Of a stretch of 64,000 nucleotides of DNA, positions 26,630 through 37,800 are shown piece after piece. Below the pieces are notes generated by a model. It saw only the letters and a program-made list of their open reading frames with translations, was not told the origin of the DNA and made no database searches. This stretch comes from a virus (lineage: Duplodnaviria > Caudoviricetes): the IMG/VR virus record IMGVR_UViG_3300012952_003952, positions 64,001 to 128,000 of that record; one strand, written 5' to 3'. Within the stretch, counting starts at the first letter, position 1; every line of letters starts with the position of its first letter. Position numbers and translations under genes: made by a program.

Positions 26630-29400
26630 TGCCAAGTTCTGTTTATCCTCCGATGTCAGCTTCATACAGCTACATACAGGGGCACAACGTTAAGAATTAC
26701 GAAATATTTTCTCAGCGCTTGATTGGAGTGTTAGGAAGAAGCGATAGATCTAAAATGGTGTCAATGACGTCTCACAAGTACGTTACTCCGTTCGGCACCG
26801 ATGTAACTGGTTCTAAAATAATAAACCAAACATCTGATTCTTATTTTGACGATTCTTTATATCAGCAAGGTGGAGTAACTGTATTCGAGGGCTTGGGCAC
26901 TCAACAGTTTGCAGTTGCGACGATAACAATCTTATCAGGTGCCGCTTGGCAATCTGATGGATATGTAGACATTAGATTATATGACACTAACGTGTCTGGC
27001 TCCTGGACAGAAGGTTATATAAGCGCTTACGGAACAGGGCCCCAAGACTTAACAGCGATGACCGGATCTACAGTTGATTGGGATACACAATTAATTGCAG
27101 ATTCTGATGGAGCTGGATTTGCCGGAGGAATGAGGTTTTGGGGACTTAGAGAAGTCAGTACGTCCATAGATTCAGACCCTAGATTTAATCCATATTTTTA
27201 CTTAACTGGAAGTGTACTTCGCCGAGAAGATTTAACTAGTGGAACAGAATATGAAAAAACCGCAGTAATAGCAGCGCACCAAAATATTACTGGCTCGAGA
27301 ATTATAGCGTTAAACTTATATCAAAAAATTAGCCGGTCTTTAAATGACCCCTTATCTCCATTTCATACGCTTCCTCTTCATGTTAGCCTAAGTGGAGTAA
27401 GTGCTTCTTCAGACCCTTCTACACAGTATCTAGGGAGCACTATTACGCTTTCGGTTTCTAAAGAAGGAAAAGAAACAGACCCATCTCTTAACTCCGGCCT
27501 TTCGCCATGGTTAACCGGCTCTATGATGCGGTTTAACATAGGCGTTACTTCCAGTTACGCTCCATATAATATCCAAGTTTCATCTGCTCCAGCTGGATAC
27601 AAGACATTAAGTTTTTCTTCTAATATCGGTTTACCATCTTGGTCTGAATCTAGCGGTTCTTTGAAGATGCTGCCACAATACAATTTAGAAAGAAACAATT
27701 TTGGCTATTCAGAATCTCAAACGTTCACACCTTTCGTCGACAAGACTACTCTTTTAGGGTTTGGAGCTAGCACAAGTGGAAAAGATAATCTTCATCTTGA
27801 CCTGCAAGAATATGTTCCATACTATCGTTCAGTAGTAGACCCAGTCACTGGAGAGACGACTACTGAACCTTGGACCATCACTGATCGATGGCGCGGCCTG
27901 GATGGAGATCCTCATATCTCCCACCGGCCTGTTTTAGCCCGCATGGCTGGTTTTGCATCTGCTCCGCCTAACCCCGGAGCCGCGGTGACAGGCTTCAGCC
28001 GCAGAACAAGGGTTATGACAGGGTCTGCAAATCCTTTTCACCTCGGATTATTTTATACAGTTAATCAATTTATTTCTGGGGCTGAAATAAATTATGGAAC
28101 TAAAGACAAGCCAAAATACAAATACACTGAGGGTTTAAGGTGGATCGATGGTGATTATGACATTGAAAATCTTGACGGAATAAGCTATGGACAGGCGACT
28201 CAGTTTGACATGAATGGAGTTATAGAGCCTTTAGATATTAGAAAAGAAATAACTGGAGACCATTTATGTATAGGCGATTTTTACGATCCAATACATAATA
28301 CACTCAAGGGGACTCTTAGTTCTACCGATAGAGTTTTAAATCATCTTGGAATAACGCAACCTATTGGCGAAACTTATAATATTGTAAAAGATACTAAAAT
28401 CACTCCATTTGAATACATTGATAATGGCGCAGACATATATGGTTTACATCTTACCGTACCTCCACTAGCAGTTCAAACTCCAAAAACTATAGAGTGGACT
28501 TTTAATCGCAAGTTTGATTTGAGGGAAGCTAGCGTCTCTGGTGATATTTCAGATGAAGATTTGGAAACTATTTCACGAGACTATGATTGGGTTGAAACGA
28601 TGACATCAAACCCGCCAAGATTTGTCTTGCAAGAAGGAAAACATAATACTCCGACCGGATATGAATATACCAATCTCGGCTACATGAGACCGCTTTCATT
28701 GGAAGACTTCAACGACTATGAAGATCCATATGCTTTCGGATTTTTTCCAGTGGGCACAAGCTACTCTTTCAAAGCCGATTCTGGACTAGTCGATCCAGAG
28801 GTTATAGCTTGGCACGCTAAACAAGCAATAAATAGTTCGAGCCTCGGCCAATATTTAACAGCTTCTCTTGGCTCGCAATATAGAAGTTCTAATACCGTTT
28901 ATATTACACCAGTCACAGCTTCTAGTGGTTGGAATGATAACATACACTTGAGGAACCCTGCAGATGATCTCTTTGGGTTTGATAAATGGGCTTTTACTGA
29001 AAAAGCAAGAAGTAAATCCATTGGAGGGTCTTTTCTAGACTATTCTCCATATCTAAACTTAGATGACCTTTCAGCTAATCCAGACCCCTTTTATGAAACA
29101 GAGTCTAATTCAGAGTATTTAGAAACGCTAACAAGATCTACTGATAAAGAGCTTCAATATGTTATAGCTGCAAAGCGTGAACTCTATAACTCTGTAAAAA
29201 TATTTCAAGCTTCCGGTTACGATAGTGCCACACCTTGGGATTGCACTTACTTCCTCGGCACAGTTTATTTTCGTAATGAACGTATTTTTGATGATCCAAA
29301 ACCATTTTCAAGTCATGAAAAATCAACTCCAAAAGGAATTGTTTATGAAAACACAATTTTTGGATATGATTCAGTAGTATATGGAGGTTACAAAAAATGA
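26629..29400 (+). CDS. Large virion structural protein, function unknown
   Basis: 923-aa ORF translationally coupled on both sides, rich in S/T-G-S. Confidence 0.7.
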   Translation: MPSSVYPPMSASYSYIQGHNVKNYEIFSQRLIGVLGRSDRSKMVSMTSHKYVTPFGTDVTGSKIINQTSDSYFDDSLYQQGGVTVFEGLGTQQFAVATITILSGAAWQSDGYVDIRLYDTNVSGSWTEGYISAYGTGPQDLTAMTGSTVDWDTQLIADSDGAGFAGGMRFWGLREVSTSIDSDPRFNPYFYLTGSVLRREDLTSGTEYEKTAVIAAHQNITGSRIIALNLYQKISRSLNDPLSPFHTLPLHVSLSGVSASSDPSTQYLGSTITLSVSKEGKETDPSLNSGLSPWLTGSMMRFNIGVTSSYAPYNIQVSSAPAGYKTLSFSSNIGLPSWSESSGSLKMLPQYNLERNNFGYSESQTFTPFVDKTTLLGFGASTSGKDNLHLDLQEYVPYYRSVVDPVTGETTTEPWTITDRWRGLDGDPHISHRPVLARMAGFASAPPNPGAAVTGFSRRTRVMTGSANPFHLGLFYTVNQFISGAEINYGTKDKPKYKYTEGLRWIDGDYDIENLDGISYGQATQFDMNGVIEPLDIRKEITGDHLCIGDFYDPIHNTLKGTLSSTDRVLNHLGITQPIGETYNIVKDTKITPFEYIDNGADIYGLHLTVPPLAVQTPKTIEWTFNRKFDLREASVSGDISDEDLETISRDYDWVETMTSNPPRFVLQEGKHNTPTGYEYTNLGYMRPLSLEDFNDYEDPYAFGFFPVGTSYSFKADSGLVDPEVIAWHAKQAINSSSLGQYLTASLGSQYRSSNTVYITPVTASSGWNDNIHLRNPADDLFGFDKWAFTEKARSKSIGGSFLDYSPYLNLDDLSANPDPFYETESNSEYLETLTRSTDKELQYVIAAKRELYNSVKIFQASGYDSATPWDCTYFLGTVYFRNERIFDDPKPFSSHEKSTPKGIVYENTIFGYDSVVYGGYKK

Positions 29401-32400
29401 AAAGAGATTTTAGAACCTCGGAAGTTCCAGACTTAAATGAAAACTTCAGAAACTACAATAGCGGAACTAGTCTTTTAGCTTATTATAAATTTTCTCAATA
29501 TGATACTACCACTAATCAAGTGGCAGACTTTTGCAAAGATACCAGCATAGATCCCCTAACATACGAATCGACTGTCTTGTCGCACGCAAAATTAGTAGAA
29601 TCTAATCCATACCAAGGCAGAGCTGACCTAAAGTCGGTATCTTTAAGAAAGGCTCAAAAGCAGTGTTTTAGACTTCCATACGTTACCCTTTCAGAAAGGA
29701 TTGCTTCTAACCAAATACCAATCACCATCGCGGGTTGGGCTCAAATGCCAGACATCTCTGGAGACGGCGACGCAAATCTCGGGATACTCACATCTATTGC
29801 TGCTGGCACAGTTTTTAATACTACTAATGGAAACTTTAAATTTGTGTATGCGCCAGCTACTAAAAAATTCGAATTTGGTCTAGTTTTAACTACTTCTTCT
29901 GCTGGCGTATCTACTATTATCGTTCCGACAGTGTCAATCTTTGATATATCTAAACCTGTTTCGTCTGGCGATTGGTTTCATTTCGCTATTAGGGTAAAAA
30001 GTACGATTGCTACTACTGACGCAACTGGTGCAGATATTGGCGACATTATTTCTATATTCATAAATGGAGAAAATGTTACAGATGCCCCTAGCTGTACCGG
30101 CGGAGATTCGGGAGGAGGCACTAAATTTGCTGGTGCAAATTCATTTATATTAAAATCTACCGATGTTATCGTAGGAAAAGGACCTTCAGACACGACTGCG
30201 GTTGCACAATTTTCTACAATAAACTTTCATGAACTGGCATTTTGGACCTCGGCTTTAGCAGAAGGTGAAATATTATCTCTATATGAAGCTGCAAAAATGT
30301 TTGCAGGTAGTGGTGTTTTAAGCTTACCACCAAAAGTTCAAATAGACAATAGAGAAAACAATACAGTAGTTAATCCAATAGTTTTAGCCAACGTAGACAA
30401 TCTTAATAATGTTACTACCGCTTCTTTTTTTGATGATACGACAGTAAGATTATTCGATTCAACTTCCATAAATTATTCTGCAGGTATACCAAGACACAGT
30501 CGGCTAATTACTGCTTCGGTAGCTTCTCCTAGCCAAGAACCAGATATTTATTTAAACTCAGGATTAAGAGTTCCGAACTCACCTTACGGATGCCCTTCTG
30601 GGTCTTATGTTTTTGGAAATGCTACTATAAATACAGCAGACAGCGAAGCGTTATCTGTCGATTCTACTTATCCTGGAGTTGGAACTCAATATACAGGCGA
30701 TCGCCCATTTACTCAGCAGAGGTACGGAAAAGGTTATAGTTGGGATATTAAAGAATCTCCAGCCCCCTTTCATCCGTTTAATGACACCGAAGTTTTGGAT
30801 GATAGATTTTCTATTTGGAAAGAAGATTCTCTTATTGGGCCCTCATTTGATGTAAACAGAGATAGCCAACACTACTTAGATTATAAATTAGATTTGCCTA
30901 CTACTTCTTCACGTCGAGGCCGGTCTATAATACCGATAACGCTTAAAAATAGTACTATTTTAGATGCTACTAGATACGACGTTTTAAATCAACAAGACCC
31001 CCAAGGGCCTACCGATGCTAGTAATACAGGATTCTATTATTGGAACTGGAAATCAAAACGCTGGAATCAAAAAGGTAATACTATCGAAGATGGTACGACT
31101 GGAGTCTATCACTTCAGGCTTCTCGCTGAAAGATATTATAGGTGGGACTGGAGCACCGGTTCAGCTAGTGTCTTCGGCTATGGTTTCTTCGATTGTCCTT
31201 CCACTCCAAGAAAGCTTGTAGTTTCTTATTCAGACGGAACATCATATTTAGCAGGCCAAACAGGAGGCCAGCAAAGCTATAGAAAATGTTCTCCTGCTTT
31301 TGCTGGATTTGAATCAATTCCCAGGCAGTTTTATCCAGGGCCAAAAGAAACAAATGGTCTTTTTAGAACTTCTTCTTTAATACTAACAGCCAGCTATCCA
31401 GCTTTCCTCACGTCTTCCTTATATGCTGGCCAGCCAATGATGCAATATGGGGCTCCGCAAAACACTACTTATTTTGCTAAAGAGGCGGAAAGACTTAAAC
31501 TCAGCAATTATATTCAAGCCCCCTTTATTTTAGAAAAAGCAATCCTAACTCTCACGGTTGAAGGTAGAAGAACTTATTCTAATAGAGACAGGTTTCCTGC
31601 CAATAGCTACCCTCAAGATGACTACGTATTTTTCCTATACCGACAAGCAACTGTTGGAAACGATATAAAGCAGCAATTGTCTTCTAGCGATCGTTATCTT
31701 ATATGCAGTGGAAATGTTGCAGTATACGCAGAAGATTGTTGGGATTCAGACTCCAGCGGAAGTATAGCGGGAGGAGGAATATTAGGAGTTAAATATAGCG
31801 ATAAATTTGGTCATCTATTTAAACCGGTAAACTCGCCCGCAGTTTCTTTAAAATTGCTTACCGAGGTGACAGGCGGGATCTTTGATCCTGGGAGTCTTAA
31901 AAATTCCAACAGGAACCGGCCATATCCAGCTAGTCACACGGAAGATCGAGCAGCCTTTGAAGTCACCACTGGACAAAAATCTGTAGAAGTTGTAATGACT
32001 CCTGCGCTATGCCCTAAGCGGAGATATGGACAATTCTGGGAGCACACACAAGTACAACATGTCGTTTCTGGAAACTGGTATTATTTATCTGCTTGGGGAG
32101 CTCTATCTTTAAGGCCACCCATCGCGGGTGTAGGCACAGGTGGAAACCTCAATATCATTGGATACGTTACACGTGAAGATGTAAGGTATCCTCCATACAC
32201 CAACCAGAAGAACGGCGCGGCCGTTATTGGGCTACCTACTCAGAATAAATCTTTCTGGTCTGATGACTGGGAATTCATGAATAGAGAGATACTCTATGCT
32301 TCAGCTTGCTTTAGTGCTCGTAATCCCGATATGGATATTATGACTCCTTCAACCGATATATCTGAATCTTTAAACTATGGATATTTTGGTAGCACTACGG

Positions 32401-34790
32401 AAGCTAGATCAACAGATGGAAAAGCGGCTATCATTAATATAGCCTCTGTCCCTCCAGACTACAACCGCGGAACCCCAGTGTTTTGTTCTTGGCTTGGAGG
32501 AACTACGTATGTTGCTTCGCCTCTAAATAAAGAAGCTATAAAACCTCAGTTTAGAGGCGGCTATAGAATTAGATCTAGCTCCAATGATAGAAGGCAGTGG
32601 TATGGACAGAGATTGCCTCCAAAACCAAAAAACTTTAATATTTCTCCAGAGCCAGAAACTTTTATGACGCCTTTAGGCGCAGTGTGGGAAACAGGATCTA
32701 TATGGGCCCAGCATCGCCAAAACTACGGTGGTGAACCATGGTCTTCTATGCCCCCTGTAACTCCGACCACTTTCTTGGAAATTAATCAAATAAACGAAGA
32801 AGCTACTAAAAACTTTTTAGCTGCAGAAAAACTAGATCCTCGAACTAGAAATATAGGAACTCGATATTCTAGCTATGTTCAACAGGGTTCTGCTTCTTAC
32901 TTTAATATAACATCTTCGGTCAACCAGATCACAGGCTCGAATCCAGGCTGGAGGCAACAATTAATATGGAACGGAACACGCAACGTATTTGATTCACCTA
33001 CTCAAGCAGGGCAGAGAAAGACAGGATATTTGCTTCTGCCTGGAGATGATCTAATATTAGGTTTAGATGCAGCGTTAGCGGCTCCAAAAGGGCAAGTTTC
33101 AGGAAGCGTTACATGCCTTACCGGTTCGTATTTAAGGCTCTCTCGAAGAGAGTTTAAATTAACTCTAGTTGGATCTTATGTAAAAGACAACAGGCGAATT
33201 GCGATAAGTTCTGACCAGCAGCTTCTCAATGCGAACGCTTCACTAGCTATAGGCACAGACAGAGTGACAGATCAGTTCTTGGTAGGAACCCGAACTGATT
33301 ACCAAGGGTCTTATCTATCAAAGCATATGACTGGCTCTATGATGCGGTGGATATCCAATAAGCCACTTAACCCTGACTTAGAATCAGACCCTCTGTGGAC
33401 AGGCAGAAATCTTGTTGATTACGTAGCTCCTACTGCAGGAGACTATAGACAATTTAGAAGAATTTTTTCTAGTGAATTAAGTAAATCTCTTGGAGACACC
33501 GCATCGTTCCAAAGGTTTACTAGCTGTTATGATTCAGGATCAGTCTATTATGACAGCTTAGTACCGCTCCCGCAAGAACTATATAAGCCTTTCGATCTTA
33601 CCGAATTTAATGAAAAGGGTAACTACGAAGGTGGCACTCTGCCAGGAAGTGGAGACTACGGTTATCGAGGCCCCGATGGTCGTATAGTGACAAAAAATGC
33701 CGTAGCTGGATTTGGGCTATCTTCCCGCCATGATTTAAAAAATCTTTGGAACCCAGATTCAGTGGGCCAACCAAACAATGCAGGCAATGTCGTCGATGCT
33801 TACAATGAAAATTGGTATCGTTCTTTTCCATATGAATCTAAATACACCAGAAAGAGAAAAGCAGCCGATGGATCTATAGTTGTAGTTCATCCGCTGAGGC
33901 AACCTACTCCAAACATGGAATCTAAGACGGCTGTGCTCTCCAGCGGGTCTTCTACCGACATCAATGTGCGCAGGTTACCTCTTGCAAAAGGAAGAATATT
34001 TTTAGCTGGAGATATTGGAAGTAGCATTGATGGTAACGTGGGTTATGCTGCAAATAATTGGCGTACATGGAGAAAAGCTGGATTGCTGGTAGCTGCTCCT
34101 AAGATTTTAGTAGGAAGCGTTGTGCCTTCGTGGTCTACTGGGGCGGGTGGTACCAATATCAACCCCTTCTTCACCGCATACGCTCCAGAAGCGCAGCATT
34201 CTTGGTTCCGTAGCACAGATGTTGGCATGCACTTAAGGTATCAATATGGATACGTTAACTGTAATGATTTCTTTGGCTTAACTACATATTCTACCTCGTC
34301 CGGAGTTCCGTTGAGAACGTCGCTCGAATACGCAACAGGCCTCTCTTATGATCGAATTGGAATGACTGGAGAAGTTGGTTTCTATCCGATGTTCGTGGCT
34401 AGTCGTAAACCATCCGGGTGGAAATATGGAGTAATGAACCCAGTCCCAATCGGTCCGTCAGCCAAGTTTCGACCTGATCGCTTCGGCCAATTTAGAGACA
34501 TGCTTGAACAAAGGTTAGACGCTGTTATTTATGATACGCAGACTGAAGTTTTAGTTGAAGACAGTTATCCTGTCGTTTCTGCTTTTAGAGACCCAGCATG
34601 GGCAAACCCAACAGATTGGGTACCTAGAGCCGCTGAGGCAACTCGCAGTTCTAATTTAAGCATATATTCTACAAGTTCTCTTCCTTACTTCGATGATCCG
34701 CAAGGGTCTGTATATCCAGACGGAAGAAACAGAAGCGGTCCAATCGATGATGAAGCTGAGGAATACGTTGTTGTTGTAGCAGACGAATAA
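29397..34790 (+). CDS. Very large virion protein with an N-terminal LamG-like domain (possible receptor-binding or baseplate appendage)
   Basis: 1797 aa. LLAYYKF...ITIAGWAQ...WFHFAIRV...IFINGE...FHELAFWTSAL is a LamG pattern. Confidence 0.7.
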   Translation: MKRDFRTSEVPDLNENFRNYNSGTSLLAYYKFSQYDTTTNQVADFCKDTSIDPLTYESTVLSHAKLVESNPYQGRADLKSVSLRKAQKQCFRLPYVTLSERIASNQIPITIAGWAQMPDISGDGDANLGILTSIAAGTVFNTTNGNFKFVYAPATKKFEFGLVLTTSSAGVSTIIVPTVSIFDISKPVSSGDWFHFAIRVKSTIATTDATGADIGDIISIFINGENVTDAPSCTGGDSGGGTKFAGANSFILKSTDVIVGKGPSDTTAVAQFSTINFHELAFWTSALAEGEILSLYEAAKMFAGSGVLSLPPKVQIDNRENNTVVNPIVLANVDNLNNVTTASFFDDTTVRLFDSTSINYSAGIPRHSRLITASVASPSQEPDIYLNSGLRVPNSPYGCPSGSYVFGNATINTADSEALSVDSTYPGVGTQYTGDRPFTQQRYGKGYSWDIKESPAPFHPFNDTEVLDDRFSIWKEDSLIGPSFDVNRDSQHYLDYKLDLPTTSSRRGRSIIPITLKNSTILDATRYDVLNQQDPQGPTDASNTGFYYWNWKSKRWNQKGNTIEDGTTGVYHFRLLAERYYRWDWSTGSASVFGYGFFDCPSTPRKLVVSYSDGTSYLAGQTGGQQSYRKCSPAFAGFESIPRQFYPGPKETNGLFRTSSLILTASYPAFLTSSLYAGQPMMQYGAPQNTTYFAKEAERLKLSNYIQAPFILEKAILTLTVEGRRTYSNRDRFPANSYPQDDYVFFLYRQATVGNDIKQQLSSSDRYLICSGNVAVYAEDCWDSDSSGSIAGGGILGVKYSDKFGHLFKPVNSPAVSLKLLTEVTGGIFDPGSLKNSNRNRPYPASHTEDRAAFEVTTGQKSVEVVMTPALCPKRRYGQFWEHTQVQHVVSGNWYYLSAWGALSLRPPIAGVGTGGNLNIIGYVTREDVRYPPYTNQKNGAAVIGLPTQNKSFWSDDWEFMNREILYASACFSARNPDMDIMTPSTDISESLNYGYFGSTTEARSTDGKAAIINIASVPPDYNRGTPVFCSWLGGTTYVASPLNKEAIKPQFRGGYRIRSSSNDRRQWYGQRLPPKPKNFNISPEPETFMTPLGAVWETGSIWAQHRQNYGGEPWSSMPPVTPTTFLEINQINEEATKNFLAAEKLDPRTRNIGTRYSSYVQQGSASYFNITSSVNQITGSNPGWRQQLIWNGTRNVFDSPTQAGQRKTGYLLLPGDDLILGLDAALAAPKGQVSGSVTCLTGSYLRLSRREFKLTLVGSYVKDNRRIAISSDQQLLNANASLAIGTDRVTDQFLVGTRTDYQGSYLSKHMTGSMMRWISNKPLNPDLESDPLWTGRNLVDYVAPTAGDYRQFRRIFSSELSKSLGDTASFQRFTSCYDSGSVYYDSLVPLPQELYKPFDLTEFNEKGNYEGGTLPGSGDYGYRGPDGRIVTKNAVAGFGLSSRHDLKNLWNPDSVGQPNNAGNVVDAYNENWYRSFPYESKYTRKRKAADGSIVVVHPLRQPTPNMESKTAVLSSGSSTDINVRRLPLAKGRIFLAGDIGSSIDGNVGYAANNWRTWRKAGLLVAAPKILVGSVVPSWSTGAGGTNINPFFTAYAPEAQHSWFRSTDVGMHLRYQYGYVNCNDFFGLTTYSTSSGVPLRTSLEYATGLSYDRIGMTGEVGFYPMFVASRKPSGWKYGVMNPVPIGPSAKFRPDRFGQFRDMLEQRLDAVIYDTQTEVLVEDSYPVVSAFRDPAWANPTDWVPRAAEATRSSNLSIYSTSSLPYFDDPQGSVYPDGRNRSGPIDDEAEEYVVVVADE

Positions 34791-34877
34791 ATAATATTTT
34801 TAAAATTTGGCTCTAATTTTTTAACCTATGGTATCAAAACACTTACAAAACAGCCTAATTAGTTCAAGAGTGAAAAG

Positions 34878-37800
34878 ATGGCCATAAAGAAATCTACAAA
34901 AAAATCTTCGCTTAAAACTACAGACTTTTTAAAAATAAAAGAGGGTAGGTCTGGTGCTATAAGTAAAATTGTTGCGCCGCATGATTTTCAAGTTGGAGTA
35001 GGTTCCGATTCATATAGGTCTTCTCTTACTTCTACCGGTATCATAGTAGCACAAAGAGGTTTCTCAGGCTCTCTCACTAGATTAGAAGATGGAAATCCAT
35101 ATCTACATGCTGGTTCTAATATTGCTTTGGCAACAGGTTCCGATGGATCTATTACAATTGCAGCTTCTGGATTTTCTAACAATCCCCTAACAGCTACAGT
35201 CGCCGGTGGTTTATTCTTTGACGCTGGAACCACTTACGATGGATCAGCATCAAAAACATTGGCTATAGATATATACCAAAACAGAGGCTTAAGTATTCAT
35301 CCTACTGCTGGTTTGAGGATCGATTTCACTTCAGCTTCTTCAGTGGCGCCTGCAACGTCTGATCGTGTTTTAATTGGCGACGCTGGATCTTCTTATAATG
35401 CGAAATATTGCACCATAAACGATATATTGAGTCTAGGTTCAGCTGGAACTCTAGCTAATGCAATAACTTTAGGCAACGGAATAGAAGATTCGGCTGGTGG
35501 AGTTAGCAGCTATAATAACACCGCAGCTATTACTTTAGCTGTGACTGTTTCTGCATCTTCTGGTTTGGGTGTTACATCAGATGGAGTGAGGATATCTCCA
35601 TCTACTTTACCCCTTGCTACAGTAGCCACAGGAGACAAAGTTTTAATTGGAGATGTCTCTGATAGCGATAATGTAAAGTATGTTACAGCTCAATCAATAG
35701 CAAACTTAGCTACTGTTGGAACACTTTCTAACGCTCTAACTGCCGGTAATGGCTTACAGCTAAACTCTGGCGCTACATTTGATGGCTCTGCAGCCAAGAC
35801 TATATCTGCAAAAGCAGCAGACGCAACAATTTCTGTCGGAGGTTCTGGAATAAGTGTTTTAAAAGTTCCAAACAACCTCACAAGTTCACGGGGAATTTCT
35901 AGCTTTACTTATGATGGATCATCATCTGGTGTCGGAATTCAAGTAGCCATAGATGCAAATGGAGGCCTCGGTTTCGATGCTGCTGACGCGCTGTCTTTAG
36001 AAATTTCAAATCTTCCAAGCGCAGATATAACCATCAACGACTATATTCCATTTTATGATGCGAGTGGAGGAACCACCGCAGTATCAAAAACTACTGCTAA
36101 CCAATTAAGAACTTTAATATCAGGAGATATTACTTCTGTTACTGCTGGAACTGGATTAACAGGTGGTGGATCAACTGGAGACTTGACGTTAGCTATAAAC
36201 AATAATGTAGTAGCCACTATTTCTGGATCCACTTTTACAGGTGGAGTCAAATTTGATACTGGCCTTACTGGTTCTCTTACTAAATTACCAGACGGTACAT
36301 CATTTTTAAGAGCCGGTTCTAACGTATCTTTAAATACCGGGTCTAAAGGTGAGATTACGATTAGCGCTGTAGCTGGCGGCGGCGGTGTCGCAGATGGAAA
36401 CGCTAAATATCTAGTCCTAGCAGCCACAAGCTCTCTTAGCGAAGAAAGAGTTTTCTCTATGGGTACCGGCCTATCGGCTTCTGATGGCGGAGCTGGAAAT
36501 AATTACACAGTTTCGGTAAGAGACTCAATTTTTGCTTCCCTGACAGGCTCTCAGTTCTCTGGCAATGTTGGAGTAACTGGATCTATAGGATCTACGTCTT
36601 TAGTGACCTCTCCAGCTTTCTCTGGGTCTTTAACGCACCTTCAAGATGGCACTTCTTTTATAAAGGCTGGAAACAATATTCAGGTAGCCACAAGTTCCAA
36701 CGGAGGCATAACCATCACCGGCACTGTTCCTGCAGCCACGACATTTTTCAGCAGTCCAGCAAATGGTTATATTGTGACTACTGGGTCTACTAGTTTTGCT
36801 GGATCTCACGGAGCATCTTACCCTACAACTAATGTAGGAACTGATGCATTTTTCTTTGTCAGCGGCACTATAGGTTCTGCTAATTCTTCTACTGCTGGAA
36901 CTGCAGTCTTTAGCGGAGATGTTGTAGTTTCCGGCACAATGTACGGTACTGGAACCATTGGTCCAGCAGAAGATGGAGTCTATACAGACGGGCTCTTTAC
37001 AGATTTTATTTCGTCAACGCCGATTGGAACTGCGATAGATAGAATAAATGAGGTGCTTTTAGGCGTTGCCCCATCTGCAGCTCCAGCTTTAGATGATATG
37101 GGGTGTGGAAACACTGGAACAACCGCAGTTCTTTCTTTTGGTTCATCTCAGTCTATTTCCGGCTATACGAACGTTCAACCTTCTACTCTCAGCAGTCCAA
37201 GCAACACCCTTTCTAACATAGATATTAATGGAACTTATAGCTCTACTACTTCTAATAACAATATTAGGGCAGCAGCTTTCGCAGGTTCGACAACCATAGA
37301 AGGAGTCTTAAACTTAGATGTTTCTGCTGATGGCACTAATTATCCAAATTACGCTTTTGGAAATGGCGACTCTGGAACCCTTTATCTCTACGTAAACAAT
37401 AATTCTACCGCTATTCACTCTACATCTTTAGGTTCTTTTGCGTCTGGAAATTCATTAAACACGAGTGGAAGCGGATTTATCAGTCTAGGCGCTGCAACTA
37501 CAGGCTCTTTTTCAGACGGTAGCGCTTTTACAATATTTCAACACCGTACTGGTTCTTTTAGAGTAAGTACAAACGATCAAAGAAATGGTTGGAATTATGC
37601 TAGAGTAACTCACGTTGTGGGGAGCACGACTAACACCTGCAACTATGTCAGCTGGGTCAATGACTCTGATTCTAACGCTCTAAGCTCAGACAACTCAGCT
37701 TTCGATAGTCTTTCAATGACTGGGCTAGCTAGTCTATCAGGCGTAAAATATAACACTGCAGGCTCAGCACAATATAGGCTTAGAGTTTTAAATGCTTATA

